A stretch of 64,000 nt of DNA from Lepidodermella squamata. Lineage: Eukaryota > Animalia > Gastrotricha. The stretch is from contig JBLDXI010000099.1 in assembly GCA_047495785.1 (NCBI GenBank), forward strand, positions 1-64,000. Direction: 5' to 3'. Below are positions 1 through 13,733 of the stretch, piece by piece; the stretch's first letter is position 1; the number at the start of each line of letters is the position of its first letter. Below the pieces are notes generated by a model that was not told the origin of the DNA, made no database searches, and saw only the letters and a list, made by a program, of their open reading frames with translations. A program made the translations under genes and the position numbers.

Positions 1-3000
1 GACGCTTGCTATGCGGCCGATGGTGCTCATTTCGCTGCTGATCTAGTGAATATCGGCTGAAATAGGCATTGCAGTGCTCATCGGCAACGATGTTCTGCAG
101 CTATGCGTTGCGGGCGTTGCAATAGCGCTAACCGCGTTTAATTCGACATCAGGCGACGATTTCGGGTTACTTCGCATGCGGGAATCGAACCCACGACCGT
201 GCCCACGTTCGTTGGTACGAAACGCTGCAGAATGCTGACATGTACGCGTTGTTGTCGCTGGCTGCCACAACGGGCGCAACTACCGGCGTAGCGATTAGAA
301 GCCAGCAGCCGCGGAATCAGGCAGGGGCGCTTGCTATGCGGCCGATGGTGCTCATTTCGCTGCTGATCTAGTGAATATCGGCTGAAATAGGCATTGCAGT
401 GCTCATCGGCAACGATGTTCTGCAGCTATGCGTTGCGGGCGGTGCAATAGCGCTAACCGCGTTTAATTCGACATCAGGCGACGATTTCGGGTTACTTCGC
501 ATGCGGGAATCGAACCCACGACCGTGCCCACGTTCGTTGGTACGAAACGCTGCAGAATGCTGACATGTACGCGTTGTTGTCACTGGCTGCCACAACGGGC
601 GCAACTACCGTCGTAGCGATTAGAAGCCAGAAGCCGCGGAATCAGGCAAGGACGCTTGCTATGCGGCCGATGGTGCTCATTTCGCTGCTGATCTAGTGAA
701 TATCGGCTGAAATAGGCATTGCAGTGCTCATCGGCAACGATGTTCTGCAGCTATGCGTTGCGGGCGTTGCAATAGCGCTAACCGCGTTTAATTCGACATC
801 AGGCGACGATTTCGGGTTACTTCGCATGCGGGAATCGAACCCACGACCGTGCCCACGTTCGTTGGTACGAAACGCTGCAGAATGCTGACATGTACGCGTT
901 GTTGTCGCTGGCTGCCACAACGGGCGCAACTACCGGCGTAGCGATTAGAAGCCAGCAGCCGCGGAATCAGGCAGGGGCGCTTGCTATGCGGCCGATGGTG
1001 CTCATTTCGCTGCTGATCTAGTGAATATCGGCTGAAATAGGCATTGCAGTGCTCATCGGCAACGATGTTCTGCAGCTATGCGTTGCGGGCGGTGCAATAG
1101 CGCTAACCGCGTTTAATTCGACATCAGGCGACGATTTCGGGTTACTTCGCATGCGGGAATCGAACCCACGACCGTGCCCACGTTCGTTGGTACGAAACGC
1201 TGCAGAATGCTGACATGTACGCGTTGTTGTCACTGGCTGCCACAACGGGCGCAACTACCGGCGTAGCGATTAGAAGCCAGCAGCCGCGGAATCAGGCAGG
1301 GGCGCTTGCTATGCGGCCGATGGTGCTCATTTCGCTGCTGATCTAGTGAATATCGGCTGAAATAAGCATTGCAGTGCTCATCGGCAACGATGTTCTGCAG
1401 CTATGCGTTGCGGGCGTTGCAATAGCGCTAACCGCGTTTAATTCGACATCAGGCGACGATTTCGGGTTACTTCGCATGCGGGAATCGAACCCACGACCGT
1501 GCCCACGTTCGTTGGTACGAATCGCTGCAGAATGCTGACATGTACGCGTTGTTGTCGCTGGCTGCCACAACGGGCGCAACTACCGGCGTAGCGATTAGAA
1601 GCCAGCAGCCGCGGAATCAGGCAAGGGCGCTTGCTATGCGGCCGATGGTGCTCATTTCGCTGCTGATCTAGTGAATATCGGCTGAAATAAGCATTGCAGT
1701 GCTCATCGGCAACGATGTTCTGCAGCTATGCGTTGCGGGCGTTGCAATAGCGCTAACCGCGTTTAATTCGACATCAGGCGACGATTTCGGGTTACTTCGC
1801 ATGCGGGAATCGAACCCACGACCGTGCCCACGTTCGTTGGTACGAAACGCTGCAGAATGCTGACATGTACGCGCTGTCGTCACTGGCTGCCACAACGGGC
1901 GCAACTACCGGCGTAGCGATTAGAAGCCAGCAGCCGCGGAATCAGGCAGGGGCGCTTGCTATGCGGCCGATGGTGCTCATTTCGCTGCTGATCTAGTGAA
2001 TATCGGCTGAAATAGGCATTGCAGTGCTCATCGGCAACGATGTTCTGCAGCTATGCGTTGCGGGCGGTGCAATAGCGCTAACCGCGTTTAATTCGACATC
2101 AGGCGACGATTTCGGGTTACTTCGCATGCGGGAATCGAACCCACGACCGTGCCCACGTTCGTTGGTACGAAACGCTGCAGAATGCTGACATGTACGCGTT
2201 GTTGTCACTGGCTGCCACAACGGGCGCAACTACCGTCGTAGCGATTAGAAGCCAGAAGCCGCGGAATCAGGCAAGGACGCTTGCTATGCGGCCGATGGTG
2301 CTCATTTCGCTGCTGATCTAGTGAATATCGGCTGAAATAGGCATTGCAGTGCTCATCGGCAACGATGTTCTGCAGCTATGCGTTGCGGGCGTTGCAATAG
2401 CGCTAACCGCGTTTAATTCGACATCAGGCGACGATTTCGGGTTACTTCGCATGCGGGAATCGAACCCACGACCGTGCCCACGTTCGTTGGTACGAAACGC
2501 TGCAGAATGCTGACATGTACGCGTTGTTGTCGCTGGCTGCCACAACGGGCGCAACTACCGGCGTAGCGATTAGAAGCCAGCAGCCGCGGAATCAGGCAGG
2601 GGCGCTTGCTATGCGGCCGATGGTGCTCATTTCGCTGCTGATCTAGTGAATATCGGCTGAAATAGGCATTGCAGTGCTCATCGGCAACGATGTTCTGCAG
2701 CTATGCGTTGCGGGCGGTGCAATAGCGCTAACCGCGTTTAATTCGACATCAGGCGACGATTTCGGGTTACTTCGCATGCGGGAATCGAACCCACGACCGT
2801 GCCCACGTTCGTTGGTACGAAACGCTGCAGAATGCTGACATGTACGCGTTGTTGTCACTGGCTGCCACAACGGGCGCAACTACCGTCGTAGCGATTAGAA
2901 GCCAGAAGCCGCGGAATCAGGCAAGGACGCTTGCTATGCGGCCGATGGTGCTCATTTCGCTGCTGATCTAGTGAATATCGGCTGAAATAGGCATTGCAGT

Positions 3001-4245
3001 GCTCATCGGCAACGATGTTCTGCAGCTATGCGTTGCGGGCGTTGCAATAGCGCTAACCGCGTTTAATTCGACATCAGGCGACGATTTCGGGTTACTTCGC
3101 ATGCGGGAATCGAACCCACGACCGTGCCCACGTTCGTTGGTACGAAACGCTGCAGAATGCTGACATGTACGCGTTGTTGTCGCTGGCTGCCACAACGGGC
3201 GCAACTACCGGCGTAGCGATTAGAAGCCAGCAGCCGCGGAATCAGGCAGGGGCGCTTGCTATGCGGCCGATGGTGCTCATTTCGCTGCTGATCTAGTGAA
3301 TATCGGCTGAAATAGGCATTGCAGTGCTCATCGGCAACGATGTTCTGCAGCTATGCGTTGCGGGCGGTGCAATAGCGCTAACCGCGTTTAATTCGACATC
3401 AGGCGACGATTTCGGGTTACTTCGCATGCGGGAATCGAACCCACGACCGTGCCCACGTTCGTTGGTACGAAACGCTGCAGAATGCTGACATGTACGCGTT
3501 GTTGTCACTGGCTGCCACAACGGGCGCAACTACCGTCGTAGCGATTAGAAGCCAGAAGCCGCGGAATCAGGCAAGGACGCTTGCTATGCGGCCGATGGTG
3601 CTCATTTCGCTGCTGATCTAGTGAATATCGGCTGAAATAGGCATTGCAGTGCTCATCGGCAACGATGTTCTGCAGCTATGCGTTGCGGGCGTTGCAATAG
3701 CGCTAACCGCGTTTAATTCGACATCAGGCGACGATTTCGGGTTACTTCGCATGCGGGAATCGAACCCACGACCGTGCCCACGTTCGTTGGTACGAAACGC
3801 TGCAGAATGCTGACATGTACGCGTTGTTGTCGCTGGCTGCCACAACGGGCGCAACTACCGGCGTAGCGATTAGAAGCCAGCAGCCGCGGAATCAGGCAGG
3901 GGCGCTTGCTATGCGGCCGATGGTGCTCATTTCGCTGCTGATCTAGTGAATATCGGCTGAAATAGGCATTGCAGTGCTCATCGGCAACGATGTTCTGCAG
4001 CTATGCGTTGCGGGCGGTGCAATAGCGCTAACCGCGTTTAATTCGACATCAGGCGACGATTTCGGGTTACTTCGCATGCGGGAATCGAACCCACGACCGT
4101 GCCCACGTTCGTTGGTACGAAACGCTGCAGAATGCTGACATGTACGCGTTGTTGTCACTGGCTGCCACAACGGGCGCAACTACCGTCGTAGCGATTAGAA
4201 GCCAGCAGCCGCGGAATCAGGCAAGGGCGCTTGCTATGCGGCCTA
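1..4245. repeat. 325-bp tandem satellite, ~13 copies (open at window start), with alternating variants forming a 650-bp higher-order repeat
   Basis: The same 78-aa ORF recurs every 325 bp (43, 368, 693 ... 3943). Diagnostic positions alternate (gcgttgc/gcggtgc, gtcgctg/gtcactg). Each unit carries GGTTCGATTCC on the minus strand. Confidence 0.98.
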
Positions 4246-4916
4246 TGGTGCTCGGCTATAGATTGCTATAGAACTACACGGCGACAAAAATTGCATAGCT
4301 TTTTTGGTGAAATTAAAAAATTGTTGATGACCATGATAGGTAGCTTGCTACCGGTCTACCTACGAGAGCTTACCGGAATTCAATTATCGTCCCGCCTTGC
4401 CTCACGGGTACTCCTGAGTGTCTTGCCTTTCTTCTTCTCATCTTTTGTTGAATATTGTTGGCTATTAGTATGAAGGCAATGATAACATAAAGATGATGTT
4501 AAAAATGCCATGTTATGATAGTTATAGGTAATTAAAACTCAGGTAAACAATCTATTTCTGAATAAATAATCTATTCTGGAATAGCATGCATTTATTAAAC
4601 CCCTCGACGTGATTTTCCTGTCTTTTCTCCTCGATTGTGTCTGCGTGGAAGGCAAGGTGGAAGACTCGCGTGCTCTGTACGTATTTACATCAAATTACAT
4701 TAAAAAAATAGCAAACACGAAAGCCATGTGCTACGACAATCGCAGAATTCTTTTATTCTTTTCTTTGTTTCGATCAGAAAATTAGTCAAAAATAGAATGG
4801 CTCAGGATGGGTTGTGGTCATTCATTTTCAATCTAACAGGCATAAAATACACGACGAGAGTGGGCTCGCGAGCGCGGGGAAGATTCGTCTCTAGATTAGC
4901 GAATAAATCATGGGGG

Positions 4917-5303
4917 TCACTTGGACTTGGTCGTCTTGGCCGCGCCTTGTTTCGGCGCCGACGGTGGCGGTGGTGGGAAGAAGATGGAGGCGCCGCCCGA
5001 GTTGACGGCGTCGATCTCGTCGGCGGCGAGCGGCGAGCGGCGGAGTCGCAGCGGCGCCAACCGCGCGTCGTCGTACGACAGCACGCGCGCCACCAGCCGG
5101 CCGCTCCTCGACGATGCCGATGTCGAAGAAGCTGCAGCCGACGCTGATGCGGAAGTCGCCATGGTGTTGCTGCTGCCGGCGCCGGGCGATGCGGCGGGGG
5201 CGGCGCCGGCGGCCTTGCGGAAGCGGATCATCGGCACGTGTTTGCGCACGGTTTTCGTCGTCGCCGTCAGCGTCGCCAACACACGTTGCTGCACCGCCAG
5301 CAT
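4917..5303 (-). CDS. KGD4: Alpha-ketoglutarate dehydrogenase component 4 / MRPS36-like (single coding exon)
   Basis: N-terminal HVPMIRFRK and C-terminal RRSPLAADEIDAVNSGGA match the two conserved KGD4/MRPS36 blocks, separated by an Ala/Ser linker. ATG at 5303; the track start at 5315 is a GTG. Confidence 0.8.
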   Translation of the reverse strand: MLAVQQRVLATLTATTKTVRKHVPMIRFRKAAGAAPAASPGAGSSNTMATSASASAAASSTSASSRSGRLVARVLSYDDARLAPLRLRRSPLAADEIDAVNSGGASIFFPPPPPSAPKQGAAKTTKSK

Positions 5304-6428
5304 TCTGATGTTCACTACTTATCGGATATAACGGCCTACAAAACAGAATCAGTAGTAACAAACGGCAATTCTGCAAGTCTGGACACACGTGCAATCGAAT
5401 GAAAATAGACTTTCTCATTTATTCAACTGCAGTTTTCCAATTCATCAGTAGGTAATTGTAACATTGACAATGATAACAGCAGCAGCAGCAGCGATAGTAA
5501 AATAATAGCAATCAATAAATTAATTATTAGAAAAGTTTGAAAACAACCGAAACAAAACAAATCGAGGCATGCATTAAAAATTGCCGTGCCATGTCAAACA
5601 ACCACTTCGCATAGCAAGTCGAATGTCGTGGTTTGCCTTAGAACCGGTTCTTTAGTCAATCAATCAATCAATCAATTGAAATGTAAACGAAGAACGACGA
5701 GTAAGTATGTATAAATAAAATACCGATATAACACGGTGAGATAATAACAATAATACTACTACTAAAAATAGCATTTCTTTGCAGCAGCCCGGCCAAGAAA
5801 AACCTCGCAAGCTAGTTACAAACATTGAACATGCGTTTAAAAGTAGAAAATTTGGCCTGCGTCTATAGCCGCTCATCGTCATGGCGATTGGAATTGATTG
5901 GAACCATAATAAAAGCAATAATAATAGTTGCATTTGATGATGAAAAACAGTTTGACACTCGTCGGTCAATGAAAGATACAGACGAACAAGTAAGAAGTCA
6001 TGTGGGCATGTCAGTAAATCACATCAGCGACAATGCTGGCCTTATCATCGTCATCAACTTGGTACTATTGGCCATCATTACCTCAAACACATGAAATAAT
6101 TGATTGTATATCATCACTCTCGGTATACGGAAATATCAACGTGTTGCTGGTATTGCAAGAGCTTGAATCATAAGTACACATTTTAAATCATATGAAATCA
6201 CCGTTGTTGTTGTTGTTGATGATGATGAAGAATCCTTGTAGTAAAGCGAATCAATAAAACACAAAAATTGCAATGGCATCATTTCAAAATACGCGTACAA
6301 GTTGCAACATCAAGAAATAATAATTGAACAAAATAGGTAGGTATTAAACAGGAATAGGAAGGCATTGTTGACTGCGATTGAGTGTGTTTGTGTTAGGTGA
6401 CTACTATAAGGTGACGTTGCATCATTCA

Positions 6429-9400
6429 TTACTCATCTGCGCTCAGCCGCTTGTGCACCTGCGTCGTCGTCGTCGTCGCACCTGCTGCTGCGGCTGCGGC
6501 GGAGGACGAGCGTGACGACGAAGCCGAGGCGGAGGCGAGCGGGGCGGCGAGGGCGGCGCCGACGTTGTCGCGCTCCTTCGACTGCCACAGGCCGTAGCCG
6601 AAGTAGATGACGAAGCCGAGCGCCATCCACACGCCGAACCGGATCCACGTGTCCACGTTGAGGCTGACCAGCAGGTAGAAGTTGACGCCGAGTGCCAGCA
6701 GCGGCAGCGCCGGCACCCACGGCACTTGGAACGTCGAGAAGCGGCGATTCTATACAATCAATCAATCAGTCAATCAATCACATCAGCTCAAAAATGCATG
6801 CATTCATACCTGAGGCAGACGGTACAACCGAATGCCGATGACGAGAGACATCAGGGCGAAGAGGATGATGAAGCCGAGCGGCCACAGGTTGCCGTGCGCC
6901 ATCGTCACGAGCACCATCGCGAAGAACACGGTGAAGAACATGGTGACGGTGCACGCGCAGCAGAGCAGGATGGCGAGGAACTCGGTGAACGCGTTCGGCG
7001 TCGGCGGGTTCGACCGCGCCGTGAAATCGAACGCCGCCCGCAGGTAGTCTTTCGCCGTCGCATCCGCCGCCGACGTCGGTGTGGCGACGACGCCGCCGCC
7101 GAGTGGCATCGTGTCCGAGTTGTTCGTCGCGCCGTACTCGCTCACCGCCTTGTCGTCGTCGTCGTCTTCGTCGTCGTCGTCGACGATGTCGAGGAACGTC
7201 TGCTTGTAACGCAGCACAAGGACGGAGGCGGCGACGAGCGAGTACGCCATCAGCGTGCCGATCGACAACATGTCGACGAGTTGGCCGACGTCGAATACGG
7301 ACGCGAAGCCGGCCGTTAGGAAGCCAGACAGGAAAGTGGCGATGAGCGGCGTCTTGAAGCGCGGGCTCACTTTGGCGAGGAATGAAAACAGCAGGCCGTC
7401 TTCCGCCATCGCGTAAATGACACGTGGCAGGGGGAACATGCCGCCCAACAGCGATGTCGACGCACACAGAATCGCACCGATCGACACGACAATCTAAAAG
7501 AATATCAACGAACAACAATTAGTCTGAATGATCGTGACGTAATCTAATATCTAATTTAGATTGCGACTAGCTGATGAAATGCACAATATCATCGATCCAA
7601 AATCAAACTTGGTCGAAAGTACCATCTTAAACCGCACGACTGTATTTTGCTTTTTTTCATTTTTAATTTAACTTTCAAACGTTTATCAGAAAATAAAGTT
7701 AAAATAGATGGCGGGTGCACCTTATTCATTAATTCATTAATAATGAATTTTTATACCGAAAAATGTGATTCTATAACAAATGTTGATTCATGTAGCTCGA
7801 AAATTGAATTCTTATTCCTCCTCTTTGTTATTGACGACTTATTGTTGCAGTATAACACATATTATATTAAAAAGATTTTTGGCGGGAAATAATACTACCA
7901 CTTATACAATACTGGAAATAATACTTGAAATAAAAGTTGGAAAGGCAATAAGACTTGTTTCAACTGTTTTGTGGGTTCAGATCAGGTTACAATTTTTTTT
8001 AACAATTTCTTTCATTTCGGTTAGATTTGACTAACGAAATGGAGTATCGTGACCCATCTGCTTTATTTGCTTTTTTCGAAGAGCATGATGTGCCTGCTGC
8101 CGCATAGGGGATGGACGCTGCGCCCGCCGAATTTAGACAGTTGACGGCGGAGCAAATTGCGTTTCTCACTGGTAAAAATCAAATTATCTCGGCTATATAT
8201 AAGTATGAGTGTTAAATCATTGCGGTAATTTTCAGCCGATGAGCCTGTGCCTCAGTTCAAACCAGTCACGCCCGAGCTTTTAGCCTTCCTAAACTCGGTG
8301 TTGCCGCACGCCGTCGATGGTGTGTTTTTATTTACTATACTTGATTTGCGAATTAAATGTGTGCTACATTAGACAACAGTGTGAACTTGTGATGGCATAC
8401 AGCTGGATGCCGGCGATGATGATGCCGATGATGTCCTGCCGTTCCCTGGCGGAGTTGCTGCTGCTGCCACAGCAGGTCAAGGTCGCCGCGCAGCCAAATT
8501 CGGCGACAAGCTGGTCCTCCTCGTGCTTGGGCATCACGGCCAAGTCCGCGGCGGATGACCCTGCGAGTTCTCTTATCCCAGGTTAGCGATGGACTTGGCT
8601 GCAGTCTGATCGCGTATTCAAAAACCTTAAAATTGGAACTGTAGTAATTCTTCATTTTCAATGAAATCCCCGCTCAGAATGAGCGCTTCTTTCCGGATGT
8701 GCGCTCTGCTTGCGTCCCTTCGACGTCTCCTACGGGCTTCACCGGCGAAATAGTGCCGCCGCACAATCGGCGCATGCTAGATTTCAAGGAGGCGTCGTCG
8801 ATCGCGATCGTCGCACAGCCGAAGGATGCGCTCAGTTTGCCTTCGCCGCCGCCATTCCGGTATTCTGACGATTATCATCGCTTCGTTCGGTCGTTGGACG
8901 GTTGCGACGGTGAGGTGAACTTGTCACTAGCTGGTGCCGTTGTCGGTTTCGAGCCGGCCGGCATTGTCCACACCCAAAAGGACAAACGTCCAGTCAGGCG
9001 CTGCTATTTGACACTCGAAAGCCCTACTAAGCAGCGCCTACACGTCATCATCTGGGGGCAGCAAGAGTTTGAATTGCTCGAAAAAGTAAATGAAGATTTT
9101 ATTCTAAAGCGCCGCTCAATCTGGTGCTATGCGTTCCAGCTTTTGTTTAAGGCTGATGGGCTCGTTCGCACTGGGGCTCGCACGCTGCTTTCTTTCCACC
9201 CGCAGCGCGTGCCTGCCCTCATCGGCAGCCGCCCGCTAAGCGCCTGTCGAACGAAGCGCCCCCGGACCAACCGTTCATCTGTTAACGACATCAACACACC
9301 CGGCGGTCGGTTAGCGCATATCCTCACCATCGGCGAGGACGCGCAGGACGCTCTCTTCATCAACTGTTGCGTTCATTAGAACATATTTTTTACTTTTAGT

Positions 9401-12400
9401 TTTGTTTCTAATTTTTGTACTTAGTTTTTGTCCATGCCTACTACCGTTTAAAGCTAGAGAGCTTGTTTGCTCTCACATCTTATGATGCCGTGATGTCAGC
9501 GTTGGCCTGGGCTGCCAAGGCCGCCTATGGCCCACAGTACCAACAAACCATCAACCAATGGTTCACCCAAAAAGCCGTAGGTGTTCATCTGCTTCCCCTA
9601 GAAGGGGAGTTGATCTCGAATGTCGAATGTCAAAATGTTGGTTATTAATTTGCCTGTGTGGGTTTCATGCTATATACATTTGTTATTTTTACAGATATAC
9701 GCTGCTGAACTAAGCGGTCTCAATTTGGCCGTTGAATAATCATCTTTATTCTTTAAGCAATCTTCCTCTACCCAGTCTTTCTCTTTCAGGGACACATTTT
9801 CGTCCAATTTGGCGTGGAATTCATGCCGATAATTGCAGCTTCCAGTTTTCAGCAGAACAACGGCCAATTTTCAGCAGTTCGCGGCACAATTCATTGGCCG
9901 CATAATTACTGTGGTGAGTGGTGGAAGTGTTTGATTTAGAAGGAACCTTCAGCCTCATTAGCTTTTCCTGTAAACTACCAGCCGGTGAAGATTGTGCTGG
10001 AGAAACTGGTTAGACCGCTATACCCCCAACTTGCAATAACGTAGTCCGGTTACTACCCTAACTCGAAACATTTTCTTTCTGCTCGCAAGTCCGGTCAAGT
10101 GATTCAATTTTGAAAATTCAATTATTTGCTGTTTGGACTGAATAAGAAGCAGTCAAATCAAACGCAGTGACTACCGAAACTGTTTGAAAGCCCTTCGGTG
10201 CGATCTATTCGTTGCTGCGATACCTAGTCGATTCCCCTGCGAAAATTGCCTACCGCTGCCGTGAGGTTACTATCAAATGGAATATTCGAATTAAGCTGTT
10301 CCTTCATATACCTAATAATATTCATCATAGCAGAAGTATAGGCGAATGGCATCACAATTCTTATATCATGACAAAATCTGAATTATTGAATCTCGTTGAG
10401 TGTGAAAATTTCAATGATTTTAAAGAAGAAATTCTTGATAATCTTGATGAGCCATCTTCGCAAAGCGTCAACGCAGTCAAATAAGTATTTTCGTTACTGA
10501 AGAAGCCTTAGCTTTATCTGAATGCAATAATTATTATTCTATGAAATCTATGAGACGACCAATGTTGATCAAGCGCCTAACATATAACGAAGGCTCGCGC
10601 GAGAAGGCTAACGAGCGAGGACGGTGGTGGTAGTGGCGGTACCCACATACGTCCTCCTTATATATCACTGGTGTACTTACTCCCAAGCTTCATCTCCTGT
10701 AGATCCAACTTCAACTGCAAACCGATTCTTCTTTTTTTTTGAATTTGGACTCAAGTTGTGCAAGTTCAAATTGCAAGTTCCAGCGGAATAAAACGAGCAA
10801 TTAGTTAACTTTTGGCTATATGTAATTTACATTCAAGATTATTGATGAGTACTCGAGCGGTTGTCAGAGTAATGTTAATAGAAAGATATTAGAAATGATA
10901 GCAGCGGCGGCAATAGACGACAATAGACTCATCATACCTTGCCATAGGGCACGGCGGGCAGCAGCGTTTTCGACGACAAGTTGTAGTAGGGCGTGTCGAG
11001 GGTGAAGACGACCGAGACGGCGAAGTAGGCGACGGCGCACACCGTCAGCGACAGCACAATCGAGAGGGGGATGTTGCGGCGCGGATTCGCCACCTCCTCG
11101 CCGGTTGTCGCGATGCAGTCGAAGCCGACGAACGAGTAGAAGGCAGCCGACGCAGCCGTCATGACCCCGCCAAAGCCGTACGGCATGAAGCCACCCGTGC
11201 CAAACTGTGTTCCATTCGTACCAGTCTCGTACTGAACCTGTTGTGCACATCATAATATTCAACAGTTAGGTATTACTAAATTTCTCTCAATTTTCATCAA
11301 TCATTCTCTCACACTGATCATTGATGATGTACTTAATTAAATGTTCGAACCTGTTCGAGGGTGAGCGCCCAGTTGGCGGGTTCAGCGTACACCAACCCAA
11401 CAACAATGACGTAGCCTGTATATTTTGTAATATTTCATTGTCATCATCATTGTTTTCTTCTCGTGTCTGATCTGTGCGTGAACTCACATAAAATGCCGGT
11501 GTTGATGATGACGAGCACGTTGTTAACGAACGTCGATTCACTGACACCCACCGCCAACAGCACTGTTTCAAAATAATAATGTGATAATAATAATAATAAG
11601 ATCAGGATCACCGCCGGAAACACAGCAAGTAGTACACAAAATTCAGACGCGGCTTCTAATTATTACTAATTACCGACTTGGTGATTTTATTATCACTCGT
11701 TTTTGTGGGTTTTATTAGGCAGCTTGCTGTTATAACAAACCAGCTAATCGATGGAAATTGTAAAAACGTACGCTTCTCTCGTTGATCTATCTATCAAACG
11801 CCGCGTGCCTTACAAGCAACAGCAGCAGCAGCAGTAGGAAATAGCCTGCAGCGCAGGAAGCGGGAATTCTGCCTAATTAAACGGAGACTTACACCTCCAA
11901 TAGGAGAACTATGCACGTGGCTCGTTATAATTTATCCCCGAAATCATCTAGCTTGCTATGTTAACTCCTAGTAATAGTTTTGTCAAGTTCAAGTATAGCC
12001 GCCTGCCGTCGATCACTAACTAATAAGCGCACCAATAAGCCAGCGGTAGATCGGCTATTCCAGTGCTAATTCAATCCGTCATTCATTCATTCATTTATGC
12101 ATTTGTTTTACTACTACTACGAGACTGTGAAACACGCGGCGGCACGTGCGCCTACCTAAACGAGATGATGACTCCTCGCGCCAACGCATGCCGTCCGTTC
12201 GTCTGTCTGTACACAGTTAGTTACTCGGTGGTTGGTATGTATGTACCAATTGGTGGTAACTCACCCTACCTACATCATCATCATCATCCCAAGTCAGTAG
12301 TATGTAGTTGGCCTTGAGGTATCCTTTGCGAGTCGGTATTATTATTATTATTACTAACAAGCAATAAGTAGTTATCTTTAGCAGCAGACGGCTATATGCG

Positions 12401-13526
12401 CTGGTACCAACCAACCAACCAACCAACCAACCTAGTAGGTACGTACTATTCAGTATCACAAGCAGCAGCAGCAGCATCTTTCTTTCTTATGAAGGTACCT
12501 ACTACGAGCAAACGTTCAATGTTCTATGATCGTTTCAGCGTACGCAAGGCGCATACACATACACAGCACAGCACAGCTAGGCATGAATCGGCAATGCGCA
12601 AGCGAGCGAGCGAGCGGCTGAAACAAAAGAGAAAAACGCAGCGCAGGAGGTACCTCTACTTATATAATAATATTATACATGCGAAATACTACACGGCCCC
12701 GCGTTAAAGCCCGCAGATGCCGAATTAGCCGGGCAATGTTCGACCACTTATATACTACACCAGTAGCAACAGCATTGCTAGTAAAGGTGTTCTCTCAAAT
12801 CACATTGCAAATCAAATAATACAAATTATTATTCCTAAAACACGGTGGACTTCGGTCGGTGGAAAAACAAACTTACCAGTAAGGAACATTGTGATGCCGA
12901 AAGCGAGCGGGTCGAAGTAGGCGCCCAAAAACGAAATGTTGATGGGGAAGGCGGATGAGAAGGCCGTTTTCAACGCGTCATTCGCCAGGACGTCCACGTA
13001 GGTGACACCGGCGCGGGCGACTGACGCCGTGCCGATGACGTACTCGAGAATCATGTTCCAGCCGACGACGAAAGCCCAGAATTCACCCACAGCCACATAA
13101 CTAGAATTTGAAAAAAAAATGAATGAACAGTTGTAAGGTTGATACGAATCAACGTACGAATAGACGTAGGCTGAGCCGGCACGAGGCACTCGAGCACCCA
13201 GTTCGGCGTAGCACAGGCCGGAGAGCACCGACGCGATGGCAGCGATCAGAAACGAAATGCACATGGCTGGACCGCCCTGTTTTCAAACCAAAAAGCGTAA
13301 TACATCTGCACCTCAATAGTACAATGTTGTTGCAGCTTACAGCTGTTCGCACAGAGTCGGGCGTGACGACGTAGATACCGGCTCCGAGCGTGGCGCCGAT
13401 GCCGAGGGCTGTCAACTCGATGAGGCCGAGGCACCGCGACAACTGGCTCGTCTCCATGTTCGTCAGATCGAACCGCTTCTTGCGGAACAGCCACTGCATC
13501 CGGAAAGACTTGACGTCGAACGACAT
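6429..13526 (-). CDS. Cationic amino acid transporter (SLC7A1-4/CAT family), 8 exons: 13341-13526, 13158-13276, 12877-13100, 11488-11562, 11351-11415, 10938-11237, 6810-7493, 6429-6749
   Basis: Motifs [82 protein letters not shown]...[12 protein letters not shown] junctions keep the frame. Confidence 0.95.
7543..10671 (+). mobile_element. Putative non-autonomous Helitron-like insertion in the large SLC7 intron
   Basis: Candidate 5' A|TCTAATATCTA at 7543. Candidate 3' hairpin gaggacg...cgtcctc (10617-10656) ends 11 nt before CTGG|T (10668-10672). Carries an antisense OB-fold gene. No second copy in the window confirms the ends. Confidence 0.4.
8699..9379 (+). CDS. RPA70-like OB-fold (ssDNA-binding) coding exon of a nested, probably degenerate, spliced gene (~8110-10484)
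   Basis: [50 protein letters not shown]...[13 protein letters not shown] follows the RPA1 DBD-B pattern (GVV...K.R.I.L.D.S...LTLWG). Flanking exon-like pieces do not join into one clean frame. Confidence 0.5.
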   Translation: MRSACVPSTSPTGFTGEIVPPHNRRMLDFKEASSIAIVAQPKDALSLPSPPPFRYSDDYHRFVRSLDGCDGEVNLSLAGAVVGFEPAGIVHTQKDKRPVRRCYLTLESPTKQRLHVIIWGQQEFELLEKVNEDFILKRRSIWCYAFQLLFKADGLVRTGARTLLSFHPQRVPALIGSRPLSACRTKRPRTNRSSVNDINTPGGRLAHILTIGEDAQDALFINCCVH

Positions 13527-13733
13527 ATCTGCGATTCGCCTTTTTTCTCTCTTTACTCTCCTCAAGTGTAATCAAGCGCCGATGCTCACACCTATCGAAA
13601 ACGAGCACGATATAGATCAATCAATCAGTCGATTCATTAAATCAGTCGCGCGTATAAAAAAGACGATTGCGTGGCAATAAATAGATTAAGCCGATGAAAG
13701 CAAGCAAGTGCATATTTTCTTCGTCATCTTCGG

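Noticed and set aside
43-4179. Thirteen 78-aa ORFs
   Set aside because: They are by-products of the 325-bp satellite, start at TTG and show no domain.
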